Part shown: one piece after another, positions 1 through 8,989 of the stretch | Layout of the letters: the number at the start of each line of letters is the position of its first letter | Position numbering within the stretch: position 1 is the first letter of the stretch | Source of the DNA: Promethearchaeati archaeon | GTDB lineage: Archaea; Asgardarchaeota; Heimdallarchaeia; Heimdallarchaeales; Heimdallarchaeaceae | Reading direction: 5' to 3' | NCBI GenBank assembly: GCA_013166775.1 | Contig: JABLTJ010000042.1 | Location: forward strand, 1 to 22,368 | DNA length: 22,368 nt | Position numbers and translations under genes: made by a program | The notes under the pieces: model-generated | The model's database searches: none | Seen by the model: only the letters and a program-made list of their open reading frames with translations | What the model was told of the DNA's origin: nothing

Positions 1-68
1 GCTCCATCCAGCCTCCATTGATTAATGATGTACCTGTAGTGAGCAACAAGGTCCCTTGAGGCGCGCTT

Positions 69-80
69 AAAGATTTAAAT
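69..80 (+). promoter_or_regulatory. Archaeal BRE/TATA-like element of the GC-rich ATPase gene
   Basis: AAAGATTTAAAT about 30 nt upstream of ATG 111, within otherwise GC-richer DNA. Confidence 0.4.
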
Positions 81-110
81 TCGAAGGTCCTCTTACTAGA
101 CCGTTGTTTA

Positions 111-1292
111 ATGGAACTCAAAGAATTCAAGCCACGAGACATTAGTCTATCCGAGGACTACGTAGGGTTCCCATCGATCCACGAGGAGCTACGCGACATC
201 GTGAACTATCTCGGACACCTAGTCAGGCTGACCCAGGACGGGAAGGACGACTACAGGAGGATGCTGGCTGAGGCCGAGAGCGGCTCACTGTTCCTGGGGC
301 GGACGGGGGCTGGGAAGACCCACGCGCTCCACTGCGTCGTGAACGAGGCCACAAAGCTACTGAGTTCTCTATCAAAGATATCCTTACAGAAAATTAGTCT
401 CAAGTATAATTGTAGTATAGTTGATACTTCAAAATATGAAATCCTTTTGTTTAAAGGAAATAATCAAAGCTGTAAACAGAATTCATTGCTTAACTCTATA
501 AAGAACTTGGAGAACACATTTTTCCTTGATGCGATTGAATTAGTAAATGAACTAAAAAGAGATAAAAGAATAGAATTTGAAAGCCCAAAGCATGAAATAC
601 TAAAAGAACTGTTCCCGTCTCATAGCATAATAGTCGATTATGATAAACACTCCAAAAAGGATAGCAACAGCGTAGTAATTACAGCAAGAGAGACAAGGAT
701 TGAAGAAGCTTCATCTGTGGAAGATGAAGAAGTATTCAGTGAAGAAGAAATCAAATATCTTCAAGAAGATCTTATTCAAGAAACAATTGCTGAAGAAGAA
801 AGTGAAGAAGAAAAAATACAAAAATCAATGGTTAAAGAAGTTCTACTCAAAGAACTAGATTTCTCTATTGATTCTTTTCTTACAACTGCTAGGGAATATT
901 ATAAGAAAGGAATTGAAAAGAATCTGGAAAGTAGTTTTGCTGTAAAAACTAATACATTTCTTAAATTTGTGCATCTCTTTTGTGACAAAAAGGACATACT
1001 ATTTTTTTATCCCTCTTACTCTTACTTACTCAAAATAATCGAGTTCTTAGATGTTGAAATGCCTTCATCTGCAGATATTGAGAATTTCATCAATAAATTA
1101 GCAAATGAGTATATTGATGTAGCAATCGCAGAAGAGATTAAAGAAGAGCTTTACGATGCTTTAAAAAAGAAATTCAATAGCAATAATTCATCTAAACAAG
1201 TTTCCGAAAATGATAGCGATTCAAAGATCTCATCAATTCCATTACCACCAGAAAAGAAGGTTGAAAATAAAGAAATTGAGAGAGGTGCTTAA
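111..1292 (+). CDS. Probable chimeric ORF: GC-rich AAA+-like ATPase N-terminus (111-~360) fused in frame to the 3' part of an AT-rich acidic hypothetical protein
   Basis: Walker A LFLGRTGAGKT is present but no Walker B follows. Hand count gives 114/180 GC at 181-360 versus 32/120 at 361-480. The C-terminal part is E-rich and abuts the next gene. Confidence 0.6.
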   Translation: MELKEFKPRDISLSEDYVGFPSIHEELRDIVNYLGHLVRLTQDGKDDYRRMLAEAESGSLFLGRTGAGKTHALHCVVNEATKLLSSLSKISLQKISLKYNCSIVDTSKYEILLFKGNNQSCKQNSLLNSIKNLENTFFLDAIELVNELKRDKRIEFESPKHEILKELFPSHSIIVDYDKHSKKDSNSVVITARETRIEEASSVEDEEVFSEEEIKYLQEDLIQETIAEEESEEEKIQKSMVKEVLLKELDFSIDSFLTTAREYYKKGIEKNLESSFAVKTNTFLKFVHLFCDKKDILFFYPSYSYLLKIIEFLDVEMPSSADIENFINKLANEYIDVAIAEEIKEELYDALKKKFNSNNSSKQVSENDSDSKISSIPLPPEKKVENKEIERGA

Positions 1293-1305
1293 GATTATTG
1301 AAGAC

Positions 1306-1950
1306 ATGTTTTTCTTGAACATTATTGAATTCTATTTAAAATTCTGGTTGATCTCATTGTTCATTAGATGGATAATTTCCTTTCTACCAGGGAAAATATC
1401 AGACGTTATAAGATTTGTTGGGAATCTAATTAGGTTTCCCATAAAGAGATTTTTCTACTGGGTATATGGAGTTCCGGTAATAGAAACAGATTTTGAAAAA
1501 TCAGTTTTCAAAACTGAAGAACTTAGGGATTTTGATTGTAGAGTAACATCCAATATTCTTGCACCTTTATTCATTCAATCTTATGTTGGATCTTTTGTCT
1601 ATTACTGGTCTCAATATTTGTATGCAGAAAATTATCTATGGGTAAGTGTTATACTATATGTTTTAGCTTTTGCTATAATTCTCATGGCAGCTCCAGACTA
1701 TCATGAGTGCGAAGAAATTCTCAAGGTAAGTATCAAATCTATCTTCAAATGGACTGGAAAACTACTTGTTCTTTCACTCCCTATTTACTTCTTAGTGCAC
1801 TTTCTTATTGGCAATGAAGCCCTTGCTCAAGGATTATTCATAATTACAATGTTAATTCCATTTTATCATTATTCATTTCAAGAAAGAGAAGAACCTATGA
1901 TTAAATCTAAAAAAACTAAGATTCTCGAGGTTGATCCTTTTGGAGAGTAA
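1306..1950 (+). CDS. Multi-pass membrane protein resembling archaeal membrane zinc metalloproteases but lacking HExxH
   Basis: About 5-6 hydrophobic segments. VGNLIRFPIKRFFYWVYGVPV...ILAPL...AAPD parallels the family pattern GxxxHExxHxxxxxxxGVxV...APL...PSxxD. The start is more likely ATG 1306 (or GTG 1285) than 1210. Confidence 0.6.
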   Translation: MFFLNIIEFYLKFWLISLFIRWIISFLPGKISDVIRFVGNLIRFPIKRFFYWVYGVPVIETDFEKSVFKTEELRDFDCRVTSNILAPLFIQSYVGSFVYYWSQYLYAENYLWVSVILYVLAFAIILMAAPDYHECEEILKVSIKSIFKWTGKLLVLSLPIYFLVHFLIGNEALAQGLFIITMLIPFYHYSFQEREEPMIKSKKTKILEVDPFGE

Positions 1951-2923
1951 ATATGAACTCAATGAGATGATTGACAAAATAGTTGAAAATGTCGAATCAG
2001 CTCTGGAAAAGCTGGAAAGTAGTATAACTGAAAGAGATAAAAATAAATCTGAAAAACAAAGTTCTTCGGATTCAAAAAAACCTTATCCAAGTATTAGGTA
2101 TCCTATCCCAGAAAATTCAATAATTAAGAAAACAATTGAAGAAGAAAAATTTGAAATTGTTAAACCAGAGAACATTCCAGAGCCATCCAAACCAGTAATT
2201 GAAAGAAAGGAAAAAGCAATAACAAAACAAGAAATTCTTTCAAACATGATAGAAGAAATTTCAGCTGATCAAGAGAAGAAAGAAGAATTTTCAAATGATT
2301 CTGAAACTCATTTTATTGATATTGAAAGAGAAGTAAGAATAATTCATCTCTTCGGTCCCCCAAGTGGAGGTAAGACGACGTTAGCTCTTCAATCAGCAAT
2401 AGAAATTTTACCAAAAGAGACTTTCTACATAATTACTAGTCATTCTACATCAATTTTGAAAAGGATTAAACAGATGGTGGTTAATGATAGATGGAAAGAT
2501 TACCCTGATCTTAAACAACATTTCTTCCCAATCCAGATTCAGAATTTAAAGGAATTACAGCATCAAATCAAACAGATTATTAATTTTAGTTCCCAGGAAA
2601 TTGGAATGGTTGTAATTGATCATATAACAGATCATATTAGAGGAGAGACGCATAAAGAGGAGAATAGAGAGATTCTAAGAAGCATCTTCGAAGATCTTTA
2701 TATGTTAACGAATAAGAAAAAATGCAAAGTACTAGTCATTAATGGGTACGCTTTCAAAGGATCTGCACCAGCTGAAGACTTGATTGAATCATTTTGTGAT
2801 ATGACGATAAAAATAACAAACGAAAGAAATGAATTTGAGGTTGAAATCGATGATCAGATAATCGGTACTTTTCAAATTAATAATTCAGGTCTTGAAAATA
2901 TACACCTCAACATCTATTTTTAG
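1940..2923 (+). CDS. RadB-like RecA-family ATPase with a long charged N-terminal extension
   Basis: Walker A IIHLFGPPSGGKTT, Walker B MVVIDHI, later strand VLVING, and no HhH N-domain. TTG 1940 follows SD-like GAGGTTGATC and overlaps the previous gene's end; the start is uncertain. Confidence 0.75.
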   Translation: MESKYELNEMIDKIVENVESALEKLESSITERDKNKSEKQSSSDSKKPYPSIRYPIPENSIIKKTIEEEKFEIVKPENIPEPSKPVIERKEKAITKQEILSNMIEEISADQEKKEEFSNDSETHFIDIEREVRIIHLFGPPSGGKTTLALQSAIEILPKETFYIITSHSTSILKRIKQMVVNDRWKDYPDLKQHFFPIQIQNLKELQHQIKQIINFSSQEIGMVVIDHITDHIRGETHKEENREILRSIFEDLYMLTNKKKCKVLVINGYAFKGSAPAEDLIESFCDMTIKITNERNEFEVEIDDQIIGTFQINNSGLENIHLNIYF

Positions 2924-2939
2924 TTGAAAAATTTATCCT

Positions 2940-2980
2940 CCTTTAAAAAGTAAATTACATATTATTCTAATAGACATGGC
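2940..2980 (+). promoter_or_regulatory. TATA promoter/leader, copy 1 of the shared motif
   Basis: CCTTTAAAAAGTAAATTA-cat-ATTATT-ctaat-AGACATGGC, with the TATA box about 30 nt upstream of ATG 2976. Nearly identical to 8990-9033. Confidence 0.75.
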
Positions 2981-3461
2981 TTACACAACCGAAAGACAAA
3001 TTGTTGACTTACTAGCGGACAAATGGAAGGGAGAAAATAAACTAGTGGTTAAGGAGTTGGTTATTCCTGTAATAGATCAAGTTTATTATGATAACTATTT
3101 AGAAGGTAGAGAACAGGTAAGGATTGATTTAGCAGCTTATGATACTGTAACAAATCAAGTAATCTTTGTTGAGGCAGAAAACGGATTATATTTACAGCAT
3201 CCTCAAATTTATCTTCCATTTTGTAATGTTCTCTATATTTTATGTCCAGAAGATCAATCTTCTTTCAGAGAAGAGCAATTTAAATGGAGTAAGGAGAAAG
3301 GAATTGGGATAATAGAAGTAAAAAAAACTGGTTTGATTAGTTACTCCCTAGAACCTTTGACCAGGCAGATTTTCCCCAAAGTTCAAGCTTATATCAAATC
3401 AAGATTATTTAGAAGAATCAAGAAGGAGAGTGGTAAAGATTCTAAGATTATTGTCAAGTAA
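2976..3461 (+). CDS. PD-(D/E)xK restriction-endonuclease-fold protein (MmcB-like small nuclease)
   Basis: KE...RIDLAAY...VIFVEAE...YLPFCNVLYILCP...GIGIIEV matches the fold layout, with ExE in place of ExK. Confidence 0.65.
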   Translation: MAYTTERQIVDLLADKWKGENKLVVKELVIPVIDQVYYDNYLEGREQVRIDLAAYDTVTNQVIFVEAENGLYLQHPQIYLPFCNVLYILCPEDQSSFREEQFKWSKEKGIGIIEVKKTGLISYSLEPLTRQIFPKVQAYIKSRLFRRIKKESGKDSKIIVK

Positions 3462-6400
3462 CAAAATGCAGAAATTCGTTGGTTCGAATAAATCAATTTA
3501 TACTATAAAAAGAAATGAAGATTTTACTGTTTATGCAGCATTTATTATAAAACCTTTCAAACAAATTGAAGAGGATATTAAGCAGAAAAAAAATAAGTTT
3601 TATTCAAAAAAAGAGGAAAAAGAGAAACCCAATCCACTTCTCTCAGTTCTAAACGAAGTAAAAATGTTAAACATCTCATTGCATCGAATGTTTATTCCAG
3701 GAAATGTTAAGAAAAAAGAAAACGTGGAAAACACAAAGAATCAGAAGAACAAATCATCATCACTTCTGAATGAGTTATTCGAAGAGGATAATCAAGAGAT
3801 TGACGTTTCGCTTTCATTTTTCACTCTTAAAGTATGGAAAAGTTATGACCTATCTTCAACTTTTGAATCAGAAAGCAGTTTAGTTGATAATTTTGTTTCA
3901 CACTTGAGGAATGAATTAAAACAGAAACTAGAAAGTGTAGGGAAAGTTGGTAGAGTACTGGGAGACACATTAGAGGAACTTGTAAGATTCAGTACCTTAA
4001 ATCATAGTAACTTTCTAAGCAAAGGAAATAGAGTATTTAGTGAGCTAACAAAAGATTTCGTATTTATAGAAAAGAGTGAAGAATTTCAACATTCTTTCCA
4101 ACCTGGTCCTTCAGTTGATAAGAGACCTGATAGTATCTTTTCTTTTCCGTCAGGTATTGAAACGAATAGTAGTCTACTTGTAGGTTTGACAGAATCTGAT
4201 CTTCCAGTTGGATTACCTAAGGATCCCTCATTCCCAATACTTATAGCAGGAGACAATAAAACAAGAGAAATAATCACAAGTAAGTTGTTAGAACAAAATG
4301 GAAAATTTATCATTCTGGATCCAAGGACAAACCTGGAATTTGAGCACAGAATTAAAACAGATTTTACTGCTTTGAATTTGGGGGAGAATTTCACTTTCAA
4401 CGTTTTAACCCCAGTAACGAACAAGAACTATATTTCTGAACAAATCTCCAACCAATATCTAGGTAATTTTATTGAAATCATTCGTTCAATTACCGACGTT
4501 CGAAGTGATGCAGCAGCTTTACTGCGTGATTTAATTGATTTCTATATCAACGAATATCAAGAGGAACAAGAAGATGTTTTATTCCCTAGACATGATGCTC
4601 CTGTATCATTAGATGATCTTTATTCAATGCTTACAATCGAACCTGGAGGTCTAGTAATTACAGATTATCAACTCTCGACTGTCCGAGCATTAATCAATGA
4701 TATCAGAGATCCGAGCATAAGTGAAAATACGAGAATCAATGATATTCGAGGTATTGAAGAATTATTCTCCAATAACATGATTATAAATTTCAGCTCACAA
4801 GGTTACAAAGTACAAAAACTATTTATCTATTCTTTTTTGCTTCAATTAACAGTCATTGATCAGATAATGAACGTTGATGAAGACATCTTGATTTATATCG
4901 ATGATGCAGAATTATTCTTCTCAAGAGATATAGATAAAACCATTCTCTCACATATACTCAAAAAACTGGAGAATAGTCCCTTCAAGATAATTTTCTCTAC
5001 TCCTTATCCCTCTCATCTTTCTTCCCAAATCTTTGATCTGACTCATAACAGAATCATTGGCAACCTCAAATCAGCTAATTGTCTAAAGCTTATATCAAGT
5101 TCTCATGGATTGGATAAAGGACAATTTGAATTCATTAGGCGTTTACCAAAAAACAATCTACTTCTTGTGAGAGAGGATCTTATGGAAAAACCACTTTTAC
5201 TTAGATTCTTCCCAGAGGATTCAGAAAGATATGAAACTCAACCAATCAAGCAGAAACAGGAATTTCATAGAAATTCTAAAACTCTGAAAACCGATGATGA
5301 AATTCTAACTGTAAATATAGAGGATTTTTCAAGTTTGCATCCTGTAATGCTTGAGATTCTAGATAAACTCTCAACTAAAGTAAATAGAGGAATTAACTCC
5401 GAATCATTAAGTAATCTTTTCATTAATTGGGAAAAAAACAGGGTCAAAGAAGCAATTTCAGTATTGGAAACGTTTGGATATATTTTCTTTGAAACTGTTG
5501 ATAAAAAGGGTAACAAAGGGGAATACTGGACAAAAATTACTCCTAGAGGAAAAAGATTCCTTGAAAAGCTCAAGTTTACCAAGGTAATTGAGGTTAAGAA
5601 CAAGGAAGTAAAAGATGAATCTGTTCTTGAAAATACTGAACAAAATAAGATTCTTGAAGCTGAAATTGTTTCTGATTTTGTTGAATCTCCAAGCATAGAA
5701 ATCACATCGGATGATTCTTCTTTGGTTGTAAAAAAACTTCAAAAGCAAAGAAGGAAAGTTAGAGAAACAAGAGATTCAGAGAAGAAACATAGACAAAAAT
5801 TGGAAATTCTTAACTCAACATTATTGCATGTAAAATCATTACTTAATAATGAATTTGAAGAAGAAGTTGATAGGATGGATAACTTCCTTACTGCACTTTC
5901 AGGATATCTAGAGGAAGATGATTCTGTTCAAGAATTACCTAAAGAGATTCTAACGTCAATTTTCCAAAAAGCTCTGTCTTTAATTGATGCAATACAAATT
6001 AAATCAACTTTTGGTGAATCCTCTACTAGTCCCACAGATGACGAATTTATTGAGAAAGTTATTGAGAAGGAATTGAAATCTGATAAGTGGCAGGATTTTG
6101 ATAGAGAAGTCTTTTTAACAGAAATTCCAGAACTATCCGCAATTAGTAAAAATCAAAAAAAGATTACGAAAATGGTTTCATCAGAGATACCAAAAGATAT
6201 CCTCCAAGGATTAGAACTTGGTTTAGACCTACCAAAAGAGGAATTCGTTAAACTGGTCAGAGAAGCAATCGCTTCCTTGTTACAAATTAAAACAATGTTT
6301 TACCCAAATATGGATTCAGAGAAGTATTTAGATGAGGTTAGTTCATTCTTTGAAGAAGCTGGATATCCGAGACCATTTGAGAGATCTAAACAGCTATTAT

Positions 6401-6582
6401 GGGAATACACTTCAAAGAAAAAGGAGAAGAAACACCCATCATCTTACGGAGATAGGAGAGGGATAATCGAAAGTATTCAAGAGGAGAGTGGATCCTTTGA
6501 ATTTGATTTGGAAGGGAAGGGGAAAGATTCTCTTGTTAGTCAACTGATACAAAGCATTCGGAAAAAGATCAAAAATGAATGA
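3430..6582 (+). CDS. Degenerate HerA/VirB4-like ATPase with a winged-helix domain and a helical C-terminus
   Basis: ILIAGDNKTRE (decayed Walker A), FIILDP, FNVL, Walker B IYIDDAE, and IIFSTPYPSHLSSQIFDLTHNRIIGNL (TQxP motif region). Winged helix at VKEAISVLETFGYI...TKITPRGKRFL. The start may be ATG 3466. Confidence 0.7.
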   Translation: MVKILRLLSSNKMQKFVGSNKSIYTIKRNEDFTVYAAFIIKPFKQIEEDIKQKKNKFYSKKEEKEKPNPLLSVLNEVKMLNISLHRMFIPGNVKKKENVENTKNQKNKSSSLLNELFEEDNQEIDVSLSFFTLKVWKSYDLSSTFESESSLVDNFVSHLRNELKQKLESVGKVGRVLGDTLEELVRFSTLNHSNFLSKGNRVFSELTKDFVFIEKSEEFQHSFQPGPSVDKRPDSIFSFPSGIETNSSLLVGLTESDLPVGLPKDPSFPILIAGDNKTREIITSKLLEQNGKFIILDPRTNLEFEHRIKTDFTALNLGENFTFNVLTPVTNKNYISEQISNQYLGNFIEIIRSITDVRSDAAALLRDLIDFYINEYQEEQEDVLFPRHDAPVSLDDLYSMLTIEPGGLVITDYQLSTVRALINDIRDPSISENTRINDIRGIEELFSNNMIINFSSQGYKVQKLFIYSFLLQLTVIDQIMNVDEDILIYIDDAELFFSRDIDKTILSHILKKLENSPFKIIFSTPYPSHLSSQIFDLTHNRIIGNLKSANCLKLISSSHGLDKGQFEFIRRLPKNNLLLVREDLMEKPLLLRFFPEDSERYETQPIKQKQEFHRNSKTLKTDDEILTVNIEDFSSLHPVMLEILDKLSTKVNRGINSESLSNLFINWEKNRVKEAISVLETFGYIFFETVDKKGNKGEYWTKITPRGKRFLEKLKFTKVIEVKNKEVKDESVLENTEQNKILEAEIVSDFVESPSIEITSDDSSLVVKKLQKQRRKVRETRDSEKKHRQKLEILNSTLLHVKSLLNNEFEEEVDRMDNFLTALSGYLEEDDSVQELPKEILTSIFQKALSLIDAIQIKSTFGESSTSPTDDEFIEKVIEKELKSDKWQDFDREVFLTEIPELSAISKNQKKITKMVSSEIPKDILQGLELGLDLPKEEFVKLVREAIASLLQIKTMFYPNMDSEKYLDEVSSFFEEAGYPRPFERSKQLLWEYTSKKKEKKHPSSYGDRRGIIESIQEESGSFEFDLEGKGKDSLVSQLIQSIRKKIKNE

Positions 6583-8761
6583 AAGTAACTTTACTCTCTA
6601 CGATTTAACAGATTTTCAAGAAAGGTGCCTTGAGGAATTTGAAGCAGGTAAAGATGTTCTTGCAATAGCTCCAAGTTCTGCAGGAAAGACATTCATAACT
6701 GAACAGTACATTCTGGATTACTTTCAACAAAACTATGGTAAATTTCTCGTTTCTCCAAGAAGAATGAAAGTTGCTTTTGTTTTACCGTACAAATCACTAG
6801 CAATTCAGGAATTCAACTACTTTTCCACCTTAGTAGATCAACGAGGGATTAAGCTCCTACTTGCAGTTGGAGGAGTAGATATCAATGAAGAAGAGCTAGC
6901 TGATGCAAATATCATAATAGGCACTTATGAGAAAATCTTAGTCCTGTTCAAGCGACATCAAATTCTTCGTAAGTATATCAAAATTCTAGTTGTTGATGAA
7001 TTTCATTTTCTAGGTACTGATAGAGGTACGGTTTTAGAAGAAATTATCTTAGAATGGATAAAAATTAGAAATAAAACTCAATTAATATTACTTTCATCAT
7101 CAGTTTCAAATCCTTTAGAGATTTCTGATTGGTTAAATGTTGTTCCAGTAATAGCAACAAAAAGACCGATTCCTATTTCATATTCAGTTGAAGTATCATC
7201 AAATTTCAAGCAATTTATCAAACAGCTGAAGAGCACAGGAAAACAGATTATGGTTTTCTGTCATTCTAGATCAGAAGCTGAAAATCTAGCAGACAAACTC
7301 AGTAAAGAATTTCCAAAAAAAATGGAAACGCAAATTGATCAAATAATCTATAGTTCCCTTGCTAACATAGATGATGACAAAGTTCGTGAAACCATACAAA
7401 ATGCATTTTTCCCACCTCTCCTAAAAGACACAACACAAAGAGGTGTTGCATATCATCATGCTGGATTATCAGGAATTGTGCGACTACTGATTGAAAATCT
7501 GTTTCTTCAAAATGAGTTAGATATCTTAGTCTCAACTTCGACTTTAGCTGCTGGAATAAATCTTCCAGCTGATATAGCAGTTTACACAATAAAACATAAG
7601 AAAATAGATGCAGAAAATAATCTAGTTTTCCAAACGTTGGGTAGAGCTGGAAGATTGGGCTTTCGAAGCAAAGGAGAAGGATTAGTAGTTGTTACAAATG
7701 AAAGAATGAAAGTTAAAACTGAAAAACGATTATTTGAGGATGAAGGAGGAAATTTCAGACCTATTTTTCATTCAATAGAGAGTAAATTAGGGGATTATGA
7801 CTTCCTAATCAAATTCTATCTTGAAAGTTTGCATTATTCTGAAAAAACTTATTCAAGTAATTTAGCTCATCTTATTGAACCAATTAATGATTCATTTTGG
7901 TTCTATCAGAATAAAACAAAATTAATGAGACATTTGATGGATTATGAAATTCTACAAGCGTTTTTTTCTTCTACAGAATCCAATTTGAACCCAGAAGAAA
8001 TAATCGATTTTTATCAACGATTTGATAAGACACGTAAAATTAAGAAAACAAGAATGGAAATTCAATCGATAGAAGGACTGAACAAGGCTGCAATAGTTGC
8101 TAACATAAGAGAGCAGTCAAGATTATTTCAGATTTACTTATCTCCTTCAAGACGAAGTTGTACTTGTCAAAGTAAACATTCCAATTTTATCTGTAAACAT
8201 CAAAGATATCTCTTGAAAGAGTACCCAGAGGCTCAAGAAAGATGGTTAAGTACGTATGGGATATTTGATTTTCTCATTAAAGAAGGATTTATTGTTAAAT
8301 CAGCAGGAGAAAATTTTAATTTAACCTATATGGGTCAAATAACAGCTCAGTATTTTATCCATCCCTATGATTTTCTAGATTATCTGGAATTCTGTGGCAC
8401 CAACAAAAACATAACTATTTCTCAATACTTAAAGCAATTCATTACTAGAGATAAGAAGATTAAACAAGAAATCAAAGCTAATGAATTATCCTCTCTACAA
8501 GCAATAAAATTAGCTCAAAGCATAGTTAATGGGGACAATGTTAAACAAATGTGTGAGAGATATAACGTAAGTGACAGTTTCATTGATGATTGGAAAGAAA
8601 CTATCTACAGATTCATGAGAATGTTTCAATCGATTCACTATTTTACAGGAAACAAAGATGAAGCAGAAAGAATAGTGAAATGGATAGAGAACAGTATAGC
8701 TTTTAGAGAGAAGGATATTGTTAAATTGAAAGGAGAAGAAATGAGTATGAGTTCTACATAA
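6575..8761 (+). CDS. Ski2/Hel308-like SF2 DExH helicase with an inserted SWIM zinc finger
   Basis: Q motif DFQ, I APSSAGKT, Ia PYKSLA, Ib TYEK, II DEFH, III SSS, IV FCHSR, YHHAGL, V TSTLAAGINLP, VI QTLGRAGR. SWIM CTC-x8-CKH at 8159-8200. Overlaps the previous gene by 8 nt. Confidence 0.9.
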   Translation: MNESNFTLYDLTDFQERCLEEFEAGKDVLAIAPSSAGKTFITEQYILDYFQQNYGKFLVSPRRMKVAFVLPYKSLAIQEFNYFSTLVDQRGIKLLLAVGGVDINEEELADANIIIGTYEKILVLFKRHQILRKYIKILVVDEFHFLGTDRGTVLEEIILEWIKIRNKTQLILLSSSVSNPLEISDWLNVVPVIATKRPIPISYSVEVSSNFKQFIKQLKSTGKQIMVFCHSRSEAENLADKLSKEFPKKMETQIDQIIYSSLANIDDDKVRETIQNAFFPPLLKDTTQRGVAYHHAGLSGIVRLLIENLFLQNELDILVSTSTLAAGINLPADIAVYTIKHKKIDAENNLVFQTLGRAGRLGFRSKGEGLVVVTNERMKVKTEKRLFEDEGGNFRPIFHSIESKLGDYDFLIKFYLESLHYSEKTYSSNLAHLIEPINDSFWFYQNKTKLMRHLMDYEILQAFFSSTESNLNPEEIIDFYQRFDKTRKIKKTRMEIQSIEGLNKAAIVANIREQSRLFQIYLSPSRRSCTCQSKHSNFICKHQRYLLKEYPEAQERWLSTYGIFDFLIKEGFIVKSAGENFNLTYMGQITAQYFIHPYDFLDYLEFCGTNKNITISQYLKQFITRDKKIKQEIKANELSSLQAIKLAQSIVNGDNVKQMCERYNVSDSFIDDWKETIYRFMRMFQSIHYFTGNKDEAERIVKWIENSIAFREKDIVKLKGEEMSMSST

Positions 8762-8835
8762 AAACTCGAAAACTAGTATGAGGGTAGTTTAATAGATTAG
8801 AAGCAATTTTTGGTAAAAAATAAGAGAAAGAAATG

Positions 8836-8988
8836 CTATTTACTTTTTTTTCTTTTAATTCGTATTGTCGAAACTATTAGAGCTGCTGATGAAACTAATG
8901 ATAGAGTCAGCAACTGTTTAAATTCATTAATTATTGGTAGAAAGGTTGCATTGCTATAGAATCAGAATAATTTTGTTAACTCATTACC
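8836..8988 (-). pseudogene. Remnant C-terminus of a membrane-anchored surface protein
   Basis: The minus strand reads GNELTKLF*FYSNATFLPIINEFKQLLTLSLVSSAALIVSTIRIKRKKSK*: an xEF motif, a hydrophobic helix and a basic tail, with an internal TGA at 8962-8964 and no credible gene body upstream. Confidence 0.5.
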
Positions 8989-8989
8989 G

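Noticed and set aside
4086-7589. Minus-strand ORFs 4086-4424, 5265-5705, 5458-5748 and 7362-7589
   Set aside because: They are antisense shadows of long motif-bearing genes and have no motifs of their own.
2976-8761. Nuclease + HerA + helicase as a known anti-phage defence system or mobile element
   Set aside because: No integrase, transposase or att-like ends were seen, the HerA looks inactive, and the promoter shared with radA favours recombination. A defence role is not fully excluded.
8868-8914. GAAAC and CTGATGA close together, suggesting a hammerhead ribozyme or C/D-box RNA
   Set aside because: The spacing leaves no room for the required stems and there is no properly placed box D. 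The region is better explained as the antisense coding remnant.
8962-8964. In-frame TGA as selenocysteine or recoding
   Set aside because: There is no selenoprotein context or recognisable SECIS, and TGA serves as a normal stop elsewhere in the window.
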